The translations under genes and the position numbers were made by a program. The notes under the pieces were generated by a model, which saw nothing but the letters and a program-made list of their open reading frames with translations, had not been told where the DNA came from and did no database searches. This document shows, piece by piece, positions 28,659-39,014 of a DNA stretch of 64,000 nt. Source of the stretch: an uncultured Candidatus Saccharibacteria bacterium (GTDB lineage Bacteria; Patescibacteriota; Dojkabacteria; SC72). Positions within the stretch are counted from its first letter, which is position 1. Every line of letters begins with the position of its first letter. The DNA lies in contig CAZULJ010000004.1 of the NCBI GenBank assembly GCA_964621195.1, forward strand, positions 16,620 through 80,619, given 5' to 3'.

Positions 28659-29554
28659 AACATCCCCAAAACCTCCTGTGTAGTCCTAAAGCCTATCTTC
28701 GCAACCTTATTTAATTCTTCAGGCCCATGAAGTTTTACAAACTCTTTTGCAGACTCTACAACATTAGAAGCACCCTTGGGGAAATTAAAGTAATACTCCT
28801 TGTTCATTCTGTCCCACTCTTCTAAAAATACCCCTCTCGCAATTATAGATGCTGCAGCGACAGCAATATCTGATTCCCCTTTATGGAATTGAATAAGGTT
28901 TACAACCTTACCTAATTCGCCAAGCTCACTTGTAACCCTGTTTTTAGAAGATGAGAATTGGTCTATAACAACGGTATTGCATTCAATATCCTTGGACCTA
29001 AGATCAGAAAGCCCCTTCTCTATTACAAGACTATGCTGTTTTGCTAAAAGAACAGAAGCATTGTTATACTTTTTAGAAAGATCATTGTATTCTTGAGGTG
29101 ATACAACAGACACATAGTAGTGTGGATACCCTTTTATCGATTCAAACATTTTCCTAATTTTACAGTCTGTAAATTTTTTAGAATCTCCAAATCCTAAAAG
29201 AGAAACCTTCTTTGCAAATTCTTCATCTACAAAACATGAGGCTACAACCAAAGGACCAAAGTAATCACCCTTACCTACTTCATCTACTCCAAGATGAGGT
29301 ACAAAATTTTCTAATGATATGCCGTTTTCTTCTTCCTGTATATTTGCAATTATACTAGTAAAATCCTCACCTCCTTGAAAAACAAGCTTCCCACTTAGAT
29401 ACAGTATAGCCAAAGAACCCCTCGGACTCCTAAATCTAAATTCAACATACTGATTACTATCAAACTCCAATACCCAATCATTAGCTAAAAGGACATCTTT
29501 AACTCTCCCATGATCATTCTTTTTAACAGATATTGTGAAGGTATTGTTTGCCAT
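28655..29554 (-). CDS. rnhC: Ribonuclease HIII
   Basis: N-terminal roughly 80-aa domain, then the RNase HII/HIII motif GVDEVGKGDYFGPLVVA. 299 aa. Confidence 0.75.
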   Translation of the reverse strand: MANNTFTISVKKNDHGRVKDVLLANDWVLEFDSNQYVEFRFRSPRGSLAILYLSGKLVFQGGEDFTSIIANIQEEENGISLENFVPHLGVDEVGKGDYFGPLVVASCFVDEEFAKKVSLLGFGDSKKFTDCKIRKMFESIKGYPHYYVSVVSPQEYNDLSKKYNNASVLLAKQHSLVIEKGLSDLRSKDIECNTVVIDQFSSSKNRVTSELGELGKVVNLIQFHKGESDIAVAAASIIARGVFLEEWDRMNKEYYFNFPKGASNVVESAKEFVKLHGPEELNKVAKIGFRTTQEVLGMF

Positions 29555-29560
29555 ATATCT

Positions 29561-31003
29561 TTATATCTTCTCTATTACCTGACCAGTAGCAGTATCTAAA
29601 ACTTTGTATCCTTTTTCAGAAAGAAGATCTCTTAATCGATCAGACTCACTAAAATCTTTTCTCTCACGAGCAATCTTTCTTTCCTCTAAAAGATTTAATA
29701 TATCTTCAGATATTTCGTCCTTTTCAGTTAAAGACTCTTTTAGATTGAGACCTAGAACTTTATCAAAGTCATATACCGTAGCAAGAATATCTTCTGGTGA
29801 ATTATCAGATTTAAGTAGTTCATTTAATATTGCAAAAGATTCGGACATGTTTAAATTTTCTTCCAATGAGTGTCTGAATCTATCTACATACTCAGCAAGA
29901 ATACTTCCACTACCATCTGCAACTTTCTTTAAGGATTCGACCCTATTTACAATCTTCAACCTTGCATTTCTTGCCCCTTGCAAAGCCTCATTTGAAAATC
30001 TTAGCTTTACTCTGTAATTAACAGATACAAACAGAAATCTTAAATCAAGAGGATCAAATCCCAACTCAACAATATCTGGAAGGGTTAAAGCATCACCCTT
30101 ACTCTTGGAAAGTTTTCCCTCATCTGCATCAACGATAAATTCATTATGGACCCAATATTTAACAACAGGATGACCACATGAACCAATATTTTGTGCCCTC
30201 TCATTAGGATGATGAACAGATATATGATCAATACCTCCAGTGTGGATATCAAATCTCTCTCCTAAGTGAGATATACCCATTGCAGAACACTCAATATGCC
30301 AACCAGGGAATCCATCTCCCCAAGGGGAACTCCAATGCATCAAATGATTAGAATACTTACCTACCCTTTTCATCCAAAGTACAAAGTCTGCAGGATTTCT
30401 CTTACCAATATCTTGCTCCACCTCATCTCTAACGCCTATCTCCTTCTCATCTAGTTTTTGCCCAGTAAAGATTGTGTAATCCTCAATCTTTGTAATATCA
30501 AAATATACTGCCTGATCAGTCTCGTATGTATACCCATTCTTCTCCATCTCTTTTATCTTCTCTATCATCTCATCAACATATGAAGTAGCTCTCAACCAAC
30601 CATACGCAACAAGATCTTTCAAATCTAAATCAGGCTTTACTTCATCTCCACTTGGAGAGAGAATATTTAATTTACTAAAATCTTCTAACACCGTCTTTAT
30701 ATATTGATTCGAGATATCCAAAGGATCCTTACCACTTTGAGAAGCAGCTTTTTCAATCTTGTCCTCACCAAAATCCTCATCTTTAGTCATATGTCCAACA
30801 TCTGTGAAGTTCATAACTCTCTTTACTTCAAAACCAAGATACAAAAGAGCCCTGTGAAGTACATCCCAACTTACATATGCACGAATATTTCCAACATGCA
30901 TTCTACTGTAGACTGTTGGTCCACAGTTATACATCGATATCTTCCCCTCCTCTATTGGCACAATATCAACCACTTTTCTATCTAATGTCGAGTACAACCT
31001 CAT
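29561..31003 (-). CDS. cysS: Cysteinyl-tRNA synthetase
   Basis: MYNCGPTVY...HVGN (HIGH) and KLSKS (KMSKS). The Zn-binding Cys is in context. Confidence 0.9.
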   Translation of the reverse strand: MRLYSTLDRKVVDIVPIEEGKISMYNCGPTVYSRMHVGNIRAYVSWDVLHRALLYLGFEVKRVMNFTDVGHMTKDEDFGEDKIEKAASQSGKDPLDISNQYIKTVLEDFSKLNILSPSGDEVKPDLDLKDLVAYGWLRATSYVDEMIEKIKEMEKNGYTYETDQAVYFDITKIEDYTIFTGQKLDEKEIGVRDEVEQDIGKRNPADFVLWMKRVGKYSNHLMHWSSPWGDGFPGWHIECSAMGISHLGERFDIHTGGIDHISVHHPNERAQNIGSCGHPVVKYWVHNEFIVDADEGKLSKSKGDALTLPDIVELGFDPLDLRFLFVSVNYRVKLRFSNEALQGARNARLKIVNRVESLKKVADGSGSILAEYVDRFRHSLEENLNMSESFAILNELLKSDNSPEDILATVYDFDKVLGLNLKESLTEKDEISEDILNLLEERKIARERKDFSESDRLRDLLSEKGYKVLDTATGQVIEKI

Positions 31004-31021
31004 TTAAAAAGAAACAAAATA

Positions 31022-31648
31022 TTAAATATCTCTACGGCCCTCAAGAGCCCTCTTTAGCGTAAGTCTATCTGCATACTCTAAGTCTGCACCTGTAGGCAAA
31101 CCCATTGCTAATCTAGTAACCTTCAACTTACCATCCTTAATACTATCACTAAAAAGATCAAGGATATAGCTTGCGGTTGCTTCCCCTTCTAAGCTCGGGT
31201 TTGTAGCAACAATTAGCTCCACAATGTTTTCGGTATCTTTAATTGTGCTTAAAACCCTCCTTCTAAGATCGTCAAACCTAAGTTCGTCAGCACCAATACC
31301 CTCTGCAGGAGAAATTACACCACCAAGTACAAAATACAAACCCTCATATATTGCAGAATTCTCAAAGGCAACAACATCGAGTGGTTCCTCCACTACACAA
31401 ATCTTTGTCCTATCTCTCTTCTCATTACCACATATATCACAAATATCCTTATCTGACACATTGTAACAACTCTTACAAAACCGTGTGCTTTCATCCATAT
31501 CCAGTAATGCCTGACCAAGCTTACTCGCCTCTTTGTTGGGAGATCTAAGATAGTGGTAGGTCATTCTAGCGGCAGACTTTGGTCCAATACCTGGTAACTT
31601 GCTTAACTCATTGATAACTTTTTCTACAGAAAGTGGAAGTACAGACAT
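31022..31648 (-). CDS. recR: Recombination protein RecR
   Basis: HhH LPGIGPKSAARM. C4 zinc finger CKSC...CDIC. Toprim domain. Confidence 0.9.
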   Translation of the reverse strand: MSVLPLSVEKVINELSKLPGIGPKSAARMTYHYLRSPNKEASKLGQALLDMDESTRFCKSCYNVSDKDICDICGNEKRDRTKICVVEEPLDVVAFENSAIYEGLYFVLGGVISPAEGIGADELRFDDLRRRVLSTIKDTENIVELIVATNPSLEGEATASYILDLFSDSIKDGKLKVTRLAMGLPTGADLEYADRLTLKRALEGRRDI

Positions 31649-31649
31649 A

Positions 31650-31940
31650 TTAACCTAATATACTCTTCAGTTGATCAAGATCCATATCTTTTGCCATCTC
31701 TTTCTGTAAATTCTTTTGATAGTCTTTAAAAGCCTCTTTCATATCTTTCTTAAACCTATCTAACATATCAGGATCCATAAGGGTATCATCTACCCAAATA
31801 TCTTCAAACTCTTGAGCACCATTCATAAAAATCTTAAGCATTCCATCCTTAGATTCCCCAACAATTTTCTTCTCTCGCATCTTGTTCTGCATCTTCTTCG
31901 CCTCTTGTTGCATCTTTATTAGTTCAACGGGATTTAACAT
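31650..31940 (-). CDS. ybaB: Nucleoid-associated protein YbaB/EbfC
   Basis: 96 aa. MQQEAKKMQNKM... is the typical YbaB start. Sits between dnaX and recR. Confidence 0.75.
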   Translation of the reverse strand: MLNPVELIKMQQEAKKMQNKMREKKIVGESKDGMLKIFMNGAQEFEDIWVDDTLMDPDMLDRFKKDMKEAFKDYQKNLQKEMAKDMDLDQLKSILG

Positions 31941-31994
31941 ATGATTACTAAATCAAATTATTCTATACCGGATTATACATCAAAAAAGTATGTA

Positions 31995-33611
31995 TTACAT
32001 ACCTGCAAATATGGCATCTACATCTACAGATATCTTCTTTTTCTTAAACTCAGATTTTACCTTTTCCTCTTTTTTCTCTTCTTCTTTTTTCTTCTCAAAA
32101 ACAGGCATATTCTTCAATACAACATCTGCACAGGATTGTATTTTGGGTTTTACAGTATCATTTACTGTACAACTCACCCTACACAAGGCCCCTACTACTT
32201 CACTAATTGATGAAGATATTAGTTGCTTGCTTTGGTAGTCATCTATTTGATCCTTGTAGAATTTGAATGGAACTTCAATATTTACAAGATCTCCATCTAC
32301 ACTTGAAACCCTAGATACGCTCAGGAATGCTGAAAGAGTATTGTTAACAGGCTTTACTTTTGCAACAATATCCTTCCAACTACTCTGTATTTCCTTCTCA
32401 CTTATTACTCCAGCATCAGAGTTAACAACCTCCACTTTCTCACTTGCTTTCTCCACTATCGTAGAATCATTCTTCCTAACTACCTCTTTAACAACCTCCT
32501 TTTCAATCTTCTTCTCTTGAATAGGTTTGCTCTGAACAGCTCCATCTAAGACACAAAACTCTGGGATAAGCATTTGCATAAGGAGGGTTTGATTAGTCGT
32601 ACCCTTCAAATCTCTTTCTACCCTTAAGAAAGAAGATATTAGAGACATTAGACTTTTCTGATCAATATTCTTTGAAAAAGAGTAATTAGAAAGATCTTGA
32701 CCAGTTATCTTTGCAACAAGAACCTCTCTTAGAATCTCTAATGTATATGATACAAATTGTGGTAAGTTTGTTCCCTTACTCTCAAGTTCATCAATACATT
32801 TGAGAGCCTCTGCACTATCACCCTCAATCAAATATCTAAGGAAGGAATCTACCATATTAAATTCTGGAATACCCAACACCTGCCTTGTTTCTGATTCTGT
32901 AATTGATCGAGTATCAGAGTCTTTTGGTTGCCCATTTAGAACAACATCTAACAATGAGAGAGCATCCCTATAGCTTCCTCTAGCATTGCGAACTAGGATA
33001 TTCATTGCCTCTTTCTCAATCTTTAACTTCTCTTTTTTAACTATTTCTTCCAATGTCCTCCTTATCTCTTCATCACTTCCAAGTCTAAAATCATATCTCT
33101 GACATCTTGAAAGTATTGTTGCTGGTAACTTATGAACATCTGTAGTAGCAAGTATGAACATAATGTGTGCAGGAGGCTCCTCTAGAGTCTTTAGGAGGGC
33201 GTTGAATGCCTCATTGGTCAACATATGTACCTCATCGATAATGTAGACTTTAAAACGCCCCTCTGAGGGTGAGAACTCTATACGCTCCTTTAACTCCCTG
33301 ATCTGATCTATACCTCTGTTTGAGGCCGCATCGATCTCAATTAGATCCATGAAGGTACCTTCAGATATAGACTTGCATATATCACAATCATTGCAGGGGT
33401 TACCATCTTTAAGCGGTGTCTTACAATTCACTGCCTTTGCTAATATTCTAGCAGTACTAGTTTTACCAGTACCTCTAGAACCTACAAAAAGATATGCGTG
33501 AGCTAGTTGGTCACTTTTTACAGCATTCTTTAAAATCTTCGTGATATGATCTTGCCCAACAAGCTCGTCAAAACTCTGGGATCGATATTTTCGGTACAGG
33601 ACTGTAGACAT
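31995..33611 (-). CDS. dnaX: DNA polymerase III subunit gamma/tau
   Basis: YRKYRSQSFDELVGQ...AYLFVGSRGTGKTSTARILAKAVNC. Zn module CNDCDIC. SRC motif. Confidence 0.85.
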   Translation of the reverse strand: MSTVLYRKYRSQSFDELVGQDHITKILKNAVKSDQLAHAYLFVGSRGTGKTSTARILAKAVNCKTPLKDGNPCNDCDICKSISEGTFMDLIEIDAASNRGIDQIRELKERIEFSPSEGRFKVYIIDEVHMLTNEAFNALLKTLEEPPAHIMFILATTDVHKLPATILSRCQRYDFRLGSDEEIRRTLEEIVKKEKLKIEKEAMNILVRNARGSYRDALSLLDVVLNGQPKDSDTRSITESETRQVLGIPEFNMVDSFLRYLIEGDSAEALKCIDELESKGTNLPQFVSYTLEILREVLVAKITGQDLSNYSFSKNIDQKSLMSLISSFLRVERDLKGTTNQTLLMQMLIPEFCVLDGAVQSKPIQEKKIEKEVVKEVVRKNDSTIVEKASEKVEVVNSDAGVISEKEIQSSWKDIVAKVKPVNNTLSAFLSVSRVSSVDGDLVNIEVPFKFYKDQIDDYQSKQLISSSISEVVGALCRVSCTVNDTVKPKIQSCADVVLKNMPVFEKKKEEEKKEEKVKSEFKKKKISVDVDAIFAGM

Positions 33612-33683
33612 AGTGGTTACATATTAAACTACAGTTAACATCCCCACAAGTAAAAAATATTTACACGGACAGAAACTCCATCT

Positions 33684-36083
33684 CTATGAACCTTTTATAG
33701 CTAGCACTGCCTCCTTAAGAAGCTGTGTATACAAACCGTAACCAATAGAGTTAATAGTACCACTCTGTTTCTTACCAAGAATATCCCCCGCCCCTCTAAT
33801 CTCTAAGTCTCTACTTGAAAGAAGAAAACCAGAACCAAGGGACTGAGACTCCTTGATTGCTTCCAAGCGCAAAGAGGAATCTCCTTTTAGAGACTCATAA
33901 AAGAAGCAAGCATACGCCCTCTTCTGCCCCCTTCCTACTCTACCTCTGATTTGGTACATCTGAGAAAGACCAAGTCTGTTAACATCATCTACTATCAAAG
34001 TATTAGCGTTAGAGATATCCAAACCATTCTCGATAATGGTTGTACAAAGAAGCACATCAATTTCACCATTGAGGAAAGAGTCCATCACATTTATTAGACG
34101 ATCCCCAGAAAGCCTCCCATGTGCCACCTGTATCTTAATATCTGGAATCATCTCTTTTATCTTCTCTTCAACAAAATATATGCTCTCAATACTGTTGTGA
34201 AGGTAGTAAACCTGTCCACCTCTTTGAATCTCTCTTAATATACACTCCTTTACCTTCTCATAACTGAAAGATGCAAATTCATTTGAAATCTCAATTCTAC
34301 CTGAGGGAGGAATGGCTAAAACAGAGATATCTCTAACGCCAAGTAGAGACATATTCAATGTCCTAGGGATTGGAGTGGCAGTCATAGAGAGGACATGGGT
34401 GTCTACTCTTCTACTCTTAAGCTTCTCCTTTTGCTTTACACCAAACTTCTGTTCTTCGTCGATAACAAAGAGACCTAAATTTTTAAATTTAACAGTATCT
34501 GCAATCAAGGCATGAGTTCCAATCAAAATATCAACCTTCCCATTTTTTAATTCCTCTAAAACCCTTTCTCTCTCTTTGTTACTCTGCAATCTTGAAAGCA
34601 CCTCTATCCTAAATGGATATTTCTTAAATCTCTTCCTAAAAACTCTTAGATGTTGATTTGCCAAAACTGTTGTAGGAGCAAGTACTGCAACCTGCATACC
34701 ATGGTTAGCTACCGCAAAGGTTGCTCTCATACCAATCTCCGTCTTTCCAAATCCAACATCTCCTACTAGTAACCTATCCATTGGACGGCCGCTACTTAGA
34801 TCTTCTGATATTTTTTTTGTAGCAAGGTATTGATCCTCGGTATCTGTAAATTTAAATTCATTTGAAAATTTCCAATACTCATCCATAGAGATGTCATCTC
34901 CCAAGATATTTATACCCTGAGAGATCTCTCTCATGGCATAGATCTGAAGAAGCTCCTTAGCAACATCTTCCACATCCTCTTTTGCTTTTGTAGATATTCT
35001 CTTCCACAGACCACTACTTAGACCCGTTAATCTAGGTTGATATTTACCACTCGCGATGTATTTCATAATCTTTGAGGATGCAGAGAATGGTATAAACAAG
35101 CGATCGTTACCGGCATAGGCAATCTCAATATATGTCCCACCCTCTCTTTCAGATACTCCAACAAATTTACCAATACCATGATCTTCATGTACAACAAAAT
35201 CCCCCGGTACTATCTTCTTTAAAATCTCAACGGATGATTGATCAATATCTTTAGACATCTTACTACTACTTAGTTCTAACTCACCTAACACCTCCCTATC
35301 TGTAAGGACTAGAAGTTTAGCTTTCTCATATACAAAGCCCTTTTTAAGAGAACTTTCTGTAACATCACTAACCTCATACACCCTATCAAACAGCTTCCTA
35401 TCACTATCAAGGATATTAACCTTAAGAATATCTTTGGATATATACCAAATCTCATAACCCCTCTTTTTGTAAATACTCAGGAACTCAGAAAAAGCTCTCT
35501 CTCGATACCCAACAGAGGGCATATTAACAAGCCTAGAGATACCAAAATCAATAGATTCTTTTAAAAGGAAAGGATCATTTACAAACCTAATCTGTAATAT
35601 ATCTACACCATTTTCATTTGATACAAAGCTACCTTCATTCTTTCTGAATATTCTAACGCTATCAACATCCTCAACCTTTTTCCTACTATCTGGCTCCACA
35701 ATTGCAATCTCCTCTATTTCTTCTCCAAAGAGGGTTAGCCTTAGAACATACTTGGAGCTAAACGGCCAGACAATATATGTATCACCCAAGACAGAAAATT
35801 CACCAGTAGACCAGACCCTTTCTACTTTTTCATACCCCAAATTCAACAGAAGTGAAGAGTCCAATCTATCTCCAACTTTTACTACAGAGCAACTTAGCTG
35901 CGTATTACTATCATATGGCAGTAAATATACAGCTTTCTTACTTACCTTACCTATTAACTCTGTAACAAACTCCTCAAAGCCAGAAGGTATATACAGGACA
36001 GTATCTGGGTCAAAACCCTTTATATCTGCTTTCTTTCCAAAATCATCAAGAAATGTTTTAATCATAACAGGTAATTCTATCAA
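33684..36083 (-). CDS. mfd: Transcription-repair coupling factor Mfd. Short form lacking most of the UvrB-homology N-terminus.
   Basis: CarD/RNAP-interaction domain GDFVVHEDHGIGKFVGV. SF2 helicase motifs GDVGFGKTE, DEEQ, and translocase/TRG-like region. 799 aa versus about 1150 typical. Confidence 0.75.
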   Translation of the reverse strand: MIELPVMIKTFLDDFGKKADIKGFDPDTVLYIPSGFEEFVTELIGKVSKKAVYLLPYDSNTQLSCSVVKVGDRLDSSLLLNLGYEKVERVWSTGEFSVLGDTYIVWPFSSKYVLRLTLFGEEIEEIAIVEPDSRKKVEDVDSVRIFRKNEGSFVSNENGVDILQIRFVNDPFLLKESIDFGISRLVNMPSVGYRERAFSEFLSIYKKRGYEIWYISKDILKVNILDSDRKLFDRVYEVSDVTESSLKKGFVYEKAKLLVLTDREVLGELELSSSKMSKDIDQSSVEILKKIVPGDFVVHEDHGIGKFVGVSEREGGTYIEIAYAGNDRLFIPFSASSKIMKYIASGKYQPRLTGLSSGLWKRISTKAKEDVEDVAKELLQIYAMREISQGINILGDDISMDEYWKFSNEFKFTDTEDQYLATKKISEDLSSGRPMDRLLVGDVGFGKTEIGMRATFAVANHGMQVAVLAPTTVLANQHLRVFRKRFKKYPFRIEVLSRLQSNKERERVLEELKNGKVDILIGTHALIADTVKFKNLGLFVIDEEQKFGVKQKEKLKSRRVDTHVLSMTATPIPRTLNMSLLGVRDISVLAIPPSGRIEISNEFASFSYEKVKECILREIQRGGQVYYLHNSIESIYFVEEKIKEMIPDIKIQVAHGRLSGDRLINVMDSFLNGEIDVLLCTTIIENGLDISNANTLIVDDVNRLGLSQMYQIRGRVGRGQKRAYACFFYESLKGDSSLRLEAIKESQSLGSGFLLSSRDLEIRGAGDILGKKQSGTINSIGYGLYTQLLKEAVLAIKGS

Positions 36084-36097
36084 TTAAGGGTATAATT

Positions 36098-37333
36098 ATG
36101 AAGTTAAATTGTTTTATCTACACTATGTTTATTGCACACGGACCAATATCATACATTGCAAATGAAATAGTACAAAAGGAAGAGATATTGAAATTAAGCA
36201 AAGAAGAAAAGATTGGGATAGCCCTTTTTAGTATATTTTTTGGGATACTTCCTGACTTCGACCTCTTTGCATTAAGTATGACCAATATTCCTCCTTTCCA
36301 GCATCATCAGTATTTTAGTCATAGTATTCTCTTCTTCATACTGTTGTGGCTACTTCTTAGAATCTCCATATACATTGGATACCGTCTACTTAAAAGCTCC
36401 TACAAAGCAAAGGTTAGTAAAGAGTTCTTGGACATATTGCAGAAGTCCTTTTTAATAGGGGTAATGTCACACCTTCTTGCAGATATTCTCTTTTCACACT
36501 CACAGATCTTTCTACCATTAAAGTATGAGGTCACAATTTTAGGGGATCTATTCGCAAAAAACTACTTTGGGTCATATCTGTTTTCAGTATCTACGACTGT
36601 AGAAATATTCCTAGTATTAATATTTGTATATCTTTTTTACAAAAAATTTCTTAAAGAAAGCTCTCTCTTTCTCTACGGAATATACACACTACTTGGGATA
36701 TCCTTTGTAATGATTCTTTTCAATATGTATATGAACAGGAATCTCTACAACAAATCAACACTAAGAGAGAATGGATTAATTGTATATGATGCAGATTACG
36801 ACTCACTAATAGATTACAAGGACAAGGATACAGATAACGATGGTATCGGTAACATTGAAGAGGCAGATAGGTATAGACTCAAAGAGGATGCAAGAAAGAT
36901 CCTAGAAGGAGAGTACATGACAGTTGGTAGTAATGGATATTGGAGTAGTGTAAAAGAGATGTATGGGGCTTTTAATTCATACAGATTAATATCTCAGGTT
37001 TTTTTTAATCAAAATACCCCCATAGAGCCTGTATTACAAGATTATGCAAGAACTGAATACAATATTAATGATTACACTGTTTCCCAAAAGTATGCAGATT
37101 TACTGTATATGTATATGAACAACCATACAAGGTTAAAAGATTTCGATGTAAATGTAGAGCAAGGGAAATTGTTCTTTGTTCTTGATGAGAGTGAAAACCT
37201 TGTAAATATGGGTATCGTACTTAGCAATGATGAGGTCGGAATAATACTACCTGATGATACAAGAACATCTATTCACAAGACAGAAGACATACTATCAAGA
37301 TACAATGGGTTTACTTTGAAGGTAGAAAGGTAA
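36098..37333 (+). CDS. Polytopic membrane protein with YdjM/DUF457-like (membrane-bound metal-dependent hydrolase) N-terminal half, plus a soluble C-terminal domain
   Basis: Multiple TM helices with His-containing motifs (HGPISY, LPDFDL, HHQYFSHS, HLLAD) followed by a roughly 200-aa hydrophilic domain. Confidence 0.35.
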   Translation: MKLNCFIYTMFIAHGPISYIANEIVQKEEILKLSKEEKIGIALFSIFFGILPDFDLFALSMTNIPPFQHHQYFSHSILFFILLWLLLRISIYIGYRLLKSSYKAKVSKEFLDILQKSFLIGVMSHLLADILFSHSQIFLPLKYEVTILGDLFAKNYFGSYLFSVSTTVEIFLVLIFVYLFYKKFLKESSLFLYGIYTLLGISFVMILFNMYMNRNLYNKSTLRENGLIVYDADYDSLIDYKDKDTDNDGIGNIEEADRYRLKEDARKILEGEYMTVGSNGYWSSVKEMYGAFNSYRLISQVFFNQNTPIEPVLQDYARTEYNINDYTVSQKYADLLYMYMNNHTRLKDFDVNVEQGKLFFVLDESENLVNMGIVLSNDEVGIILPDDTRTSIHKTEDILSRYNGFTLKVER

Positions 37334-37868
37334 CGATCTCCTCTATTGAGGATGATATCGCTTCTCTGAGAGAGTCAGTCTCATCCTGGGTATATTTCAT
37401 AAGGACGTAATCCTTCCCAGGGATCTTCCTATCTCCCCTATCCTCTATACCTATTCTTACTCTTGTAAAATCTTCACGGCCAAGGGTACCCTCCACACTT
37501 ATAACCCCGTTATGCCCATTTGGTGACTTTCCTTCCTGTATTTTGTATTTACCCAATTCAATGTCTAGGTCATCATGAGCTAGTATGAACCTCTCGAACT
37601 TAAACTTTTCAGAGATTGATCTAACTGCTAGACCAGATCTGTTCATGTATGTAAGTGGTTTTTGTAATATACATACTAATTCTCCATCCTTTTTTATCTT
37701 ACAAATTTCTGAAAAAAAGAGTTTACCTTCATCTTCCCAATCTGAGACCTGCAATCTTCCCTCCCCTTTCATTCTTTCTCTCAACATCTCCACAAAAAGA
37801 AAACCGGCATTATGCGGTGTATTCTCATACTCTTTACCTGTATTTCCCAACCCAGTTATTAACAACAT
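37311..37868 (-). CDS. pth: Peptidyl-tRNA hydrolase
   Basis: LITGLGNTGKEYENTPHNAGF. 185 aa. Confidence 0.85.
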   Translation of the reverse strand: MLLITGLGNTGKEYENTPHNAGFLFVEMLRERMKGEGRLQVSDWEDEGKLFFSEICKIKKDGELVCILQKPLTYMNRSGLAVRSISEKFKFERFILAHDDLDIELGKYKIQEGKSPNGHNGVISVEGTLGREDFTRVRIGIEDRGDRKIPGKDYVLMKYTQDETDSLREAISSSIEEIVTFLPSK

Positions 37869-38305
37869 ATCTTCTTGTACTTTAAAAGTAATTCTTCCTG
37901 CAAGAGAAACATTTCCTCATTTGGAGAGTCATTCATACTCTCTGTGTGATCATATCCTAATATATGCAATGTACCATGAACTATCAACCTTAAAATTTCT
38001 TCCTCAAAACTTTCTCCTTGGAAACTTCTATATACATACTCCGGTGAAATATATATTTCACCATTCTTCCCCTCCTCATCTATATTGAAAGAGAGTACAT
38101 CTGTAGGTGCATCTATATCTCTGTATTGAAGATTTAAGTCTTGAATATATTCATCCTTTACAAAAATGATATTTACATCCTCCACAGGATATTCTGAAAA
38201 AAGTTTCAGAAAGCCCTTTGAGATTTCATCTAAAGAGATATTAAAGGTTGGTTCTACCTCTGTAAGTAAATCTGTATTGAATATTTCAACTGATATATTT
38301 CCCAT
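37859..38305 (-). CDS. ybeY: rRNA maturation endoribonuclease YbeY
   Basis: HGTLHILGYDH (H3xH5xH zinc motif). 148 aa. Confidence 0.85.
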   Translation of the reverse strand: MGNISVEIFNTDLLTEVEPTFNISLDEISKGFLKLFSEYPVEDVNIIFVKDEYIQDLNLQYRDIDAPTDVLSFNIDEEGKNGEIYISPEYVYRSFQGESFEEEILRLIVHGTLHILGYDHTESMNDSPNEEMFLLQEELLLKYKKICC

Positions 38306-38748
38306 TAAGAGAGTAATTTTTGAACGATTTCCCTAACTACATTTCCATCTGCCTTACCATTTAGCTCTTTCATCACCATACCCATCACTTTTCCCATTTC
38401 TCTTTGATCTTTTGCCCCACTCTCTGTGATAACTTTCTTTACAACAGTCTCTACCTGAGTAGCATCCATCAGTGCAGGTAAATATCTTTTTAAAACTTCT
38501 AGCTGATTCTTTTCTTTTTCTAGGAGATCCTCTCTTCCCATTTTTGTAAACTCTGTGATTGAGTCTTCAACCTTTTTACTTTCTCTTCTTAGTACCTTAA
38601 CAACCTCCTCATCTGTTAATTTCTCACCCTTTGAAATTTCCTCATTCTTAACAGTTGCCAAAACCATCTTGAGAATATCAGATTCTGAAGAATTCCCAAT
38701 CTTACTAGCATTAAACATATCTTTACGGATATCTTCTACAAGAGACAT
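38305..38748 (-). CDS. GatB/YqeY domain protein
   Basis: 147 aa. Overall YqeY-like pattern (DIRKDMFNASKIG...ESDILKMVLATVKN). Context with ybeY/rpsU. Confidence 0.65.
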   Translation of the reverse strand: MSLVEDIRKDMFNASKIGNSSESDILKMVLATVKNEEISKGEKLTDEEVVKVLRRESKKVEDSITEFTKMGREDLLEKEKNQLEVLKRYLPALMDATQVETVVKKVITESGAKDQREMGKVMGMVMKELNGKADGNVVREIVQKLLS

Positions 38749-38765
38749 ATGAAAAAAGTAAAAAT

Positions 38766-38966
38766 TTACTTAGCTCTTCTTCTAGCAGATCTTCTTCTTC
38801 TCTTCATCTTAGCCCACTCCCTTCTCTTTTGAATATCAAGATCAGCTTCCTTTACTCTATATACTTTCTCTCTGTATGTTTCAAGGATCTTCTCTCTCAT
38901 AACTTCTCTGTGAAGCCTTTTGAGTGCACTATCTATATTTTCATTGGCATGAACTATAACTGCCAT
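38766..38966 (-). CDS. rpsU: 30S ribosomal protein S21
   Basis: 66 aa. Basic C-terminal tail KRRRRSARRRAK. RLHREVMREK... Confidence 0.85.
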   Translation of the reverse strand: MAVIVHANENIDSALKRLHREVMREKILETYREKVYRVKEADLDIQKRREWAKMKRRRRSARRRAK

Positions 38967-39014
38967 GAGGTTTACCTCCTTTAAATTAAAGCGACTGGAT
39001 TATATCACACAATT

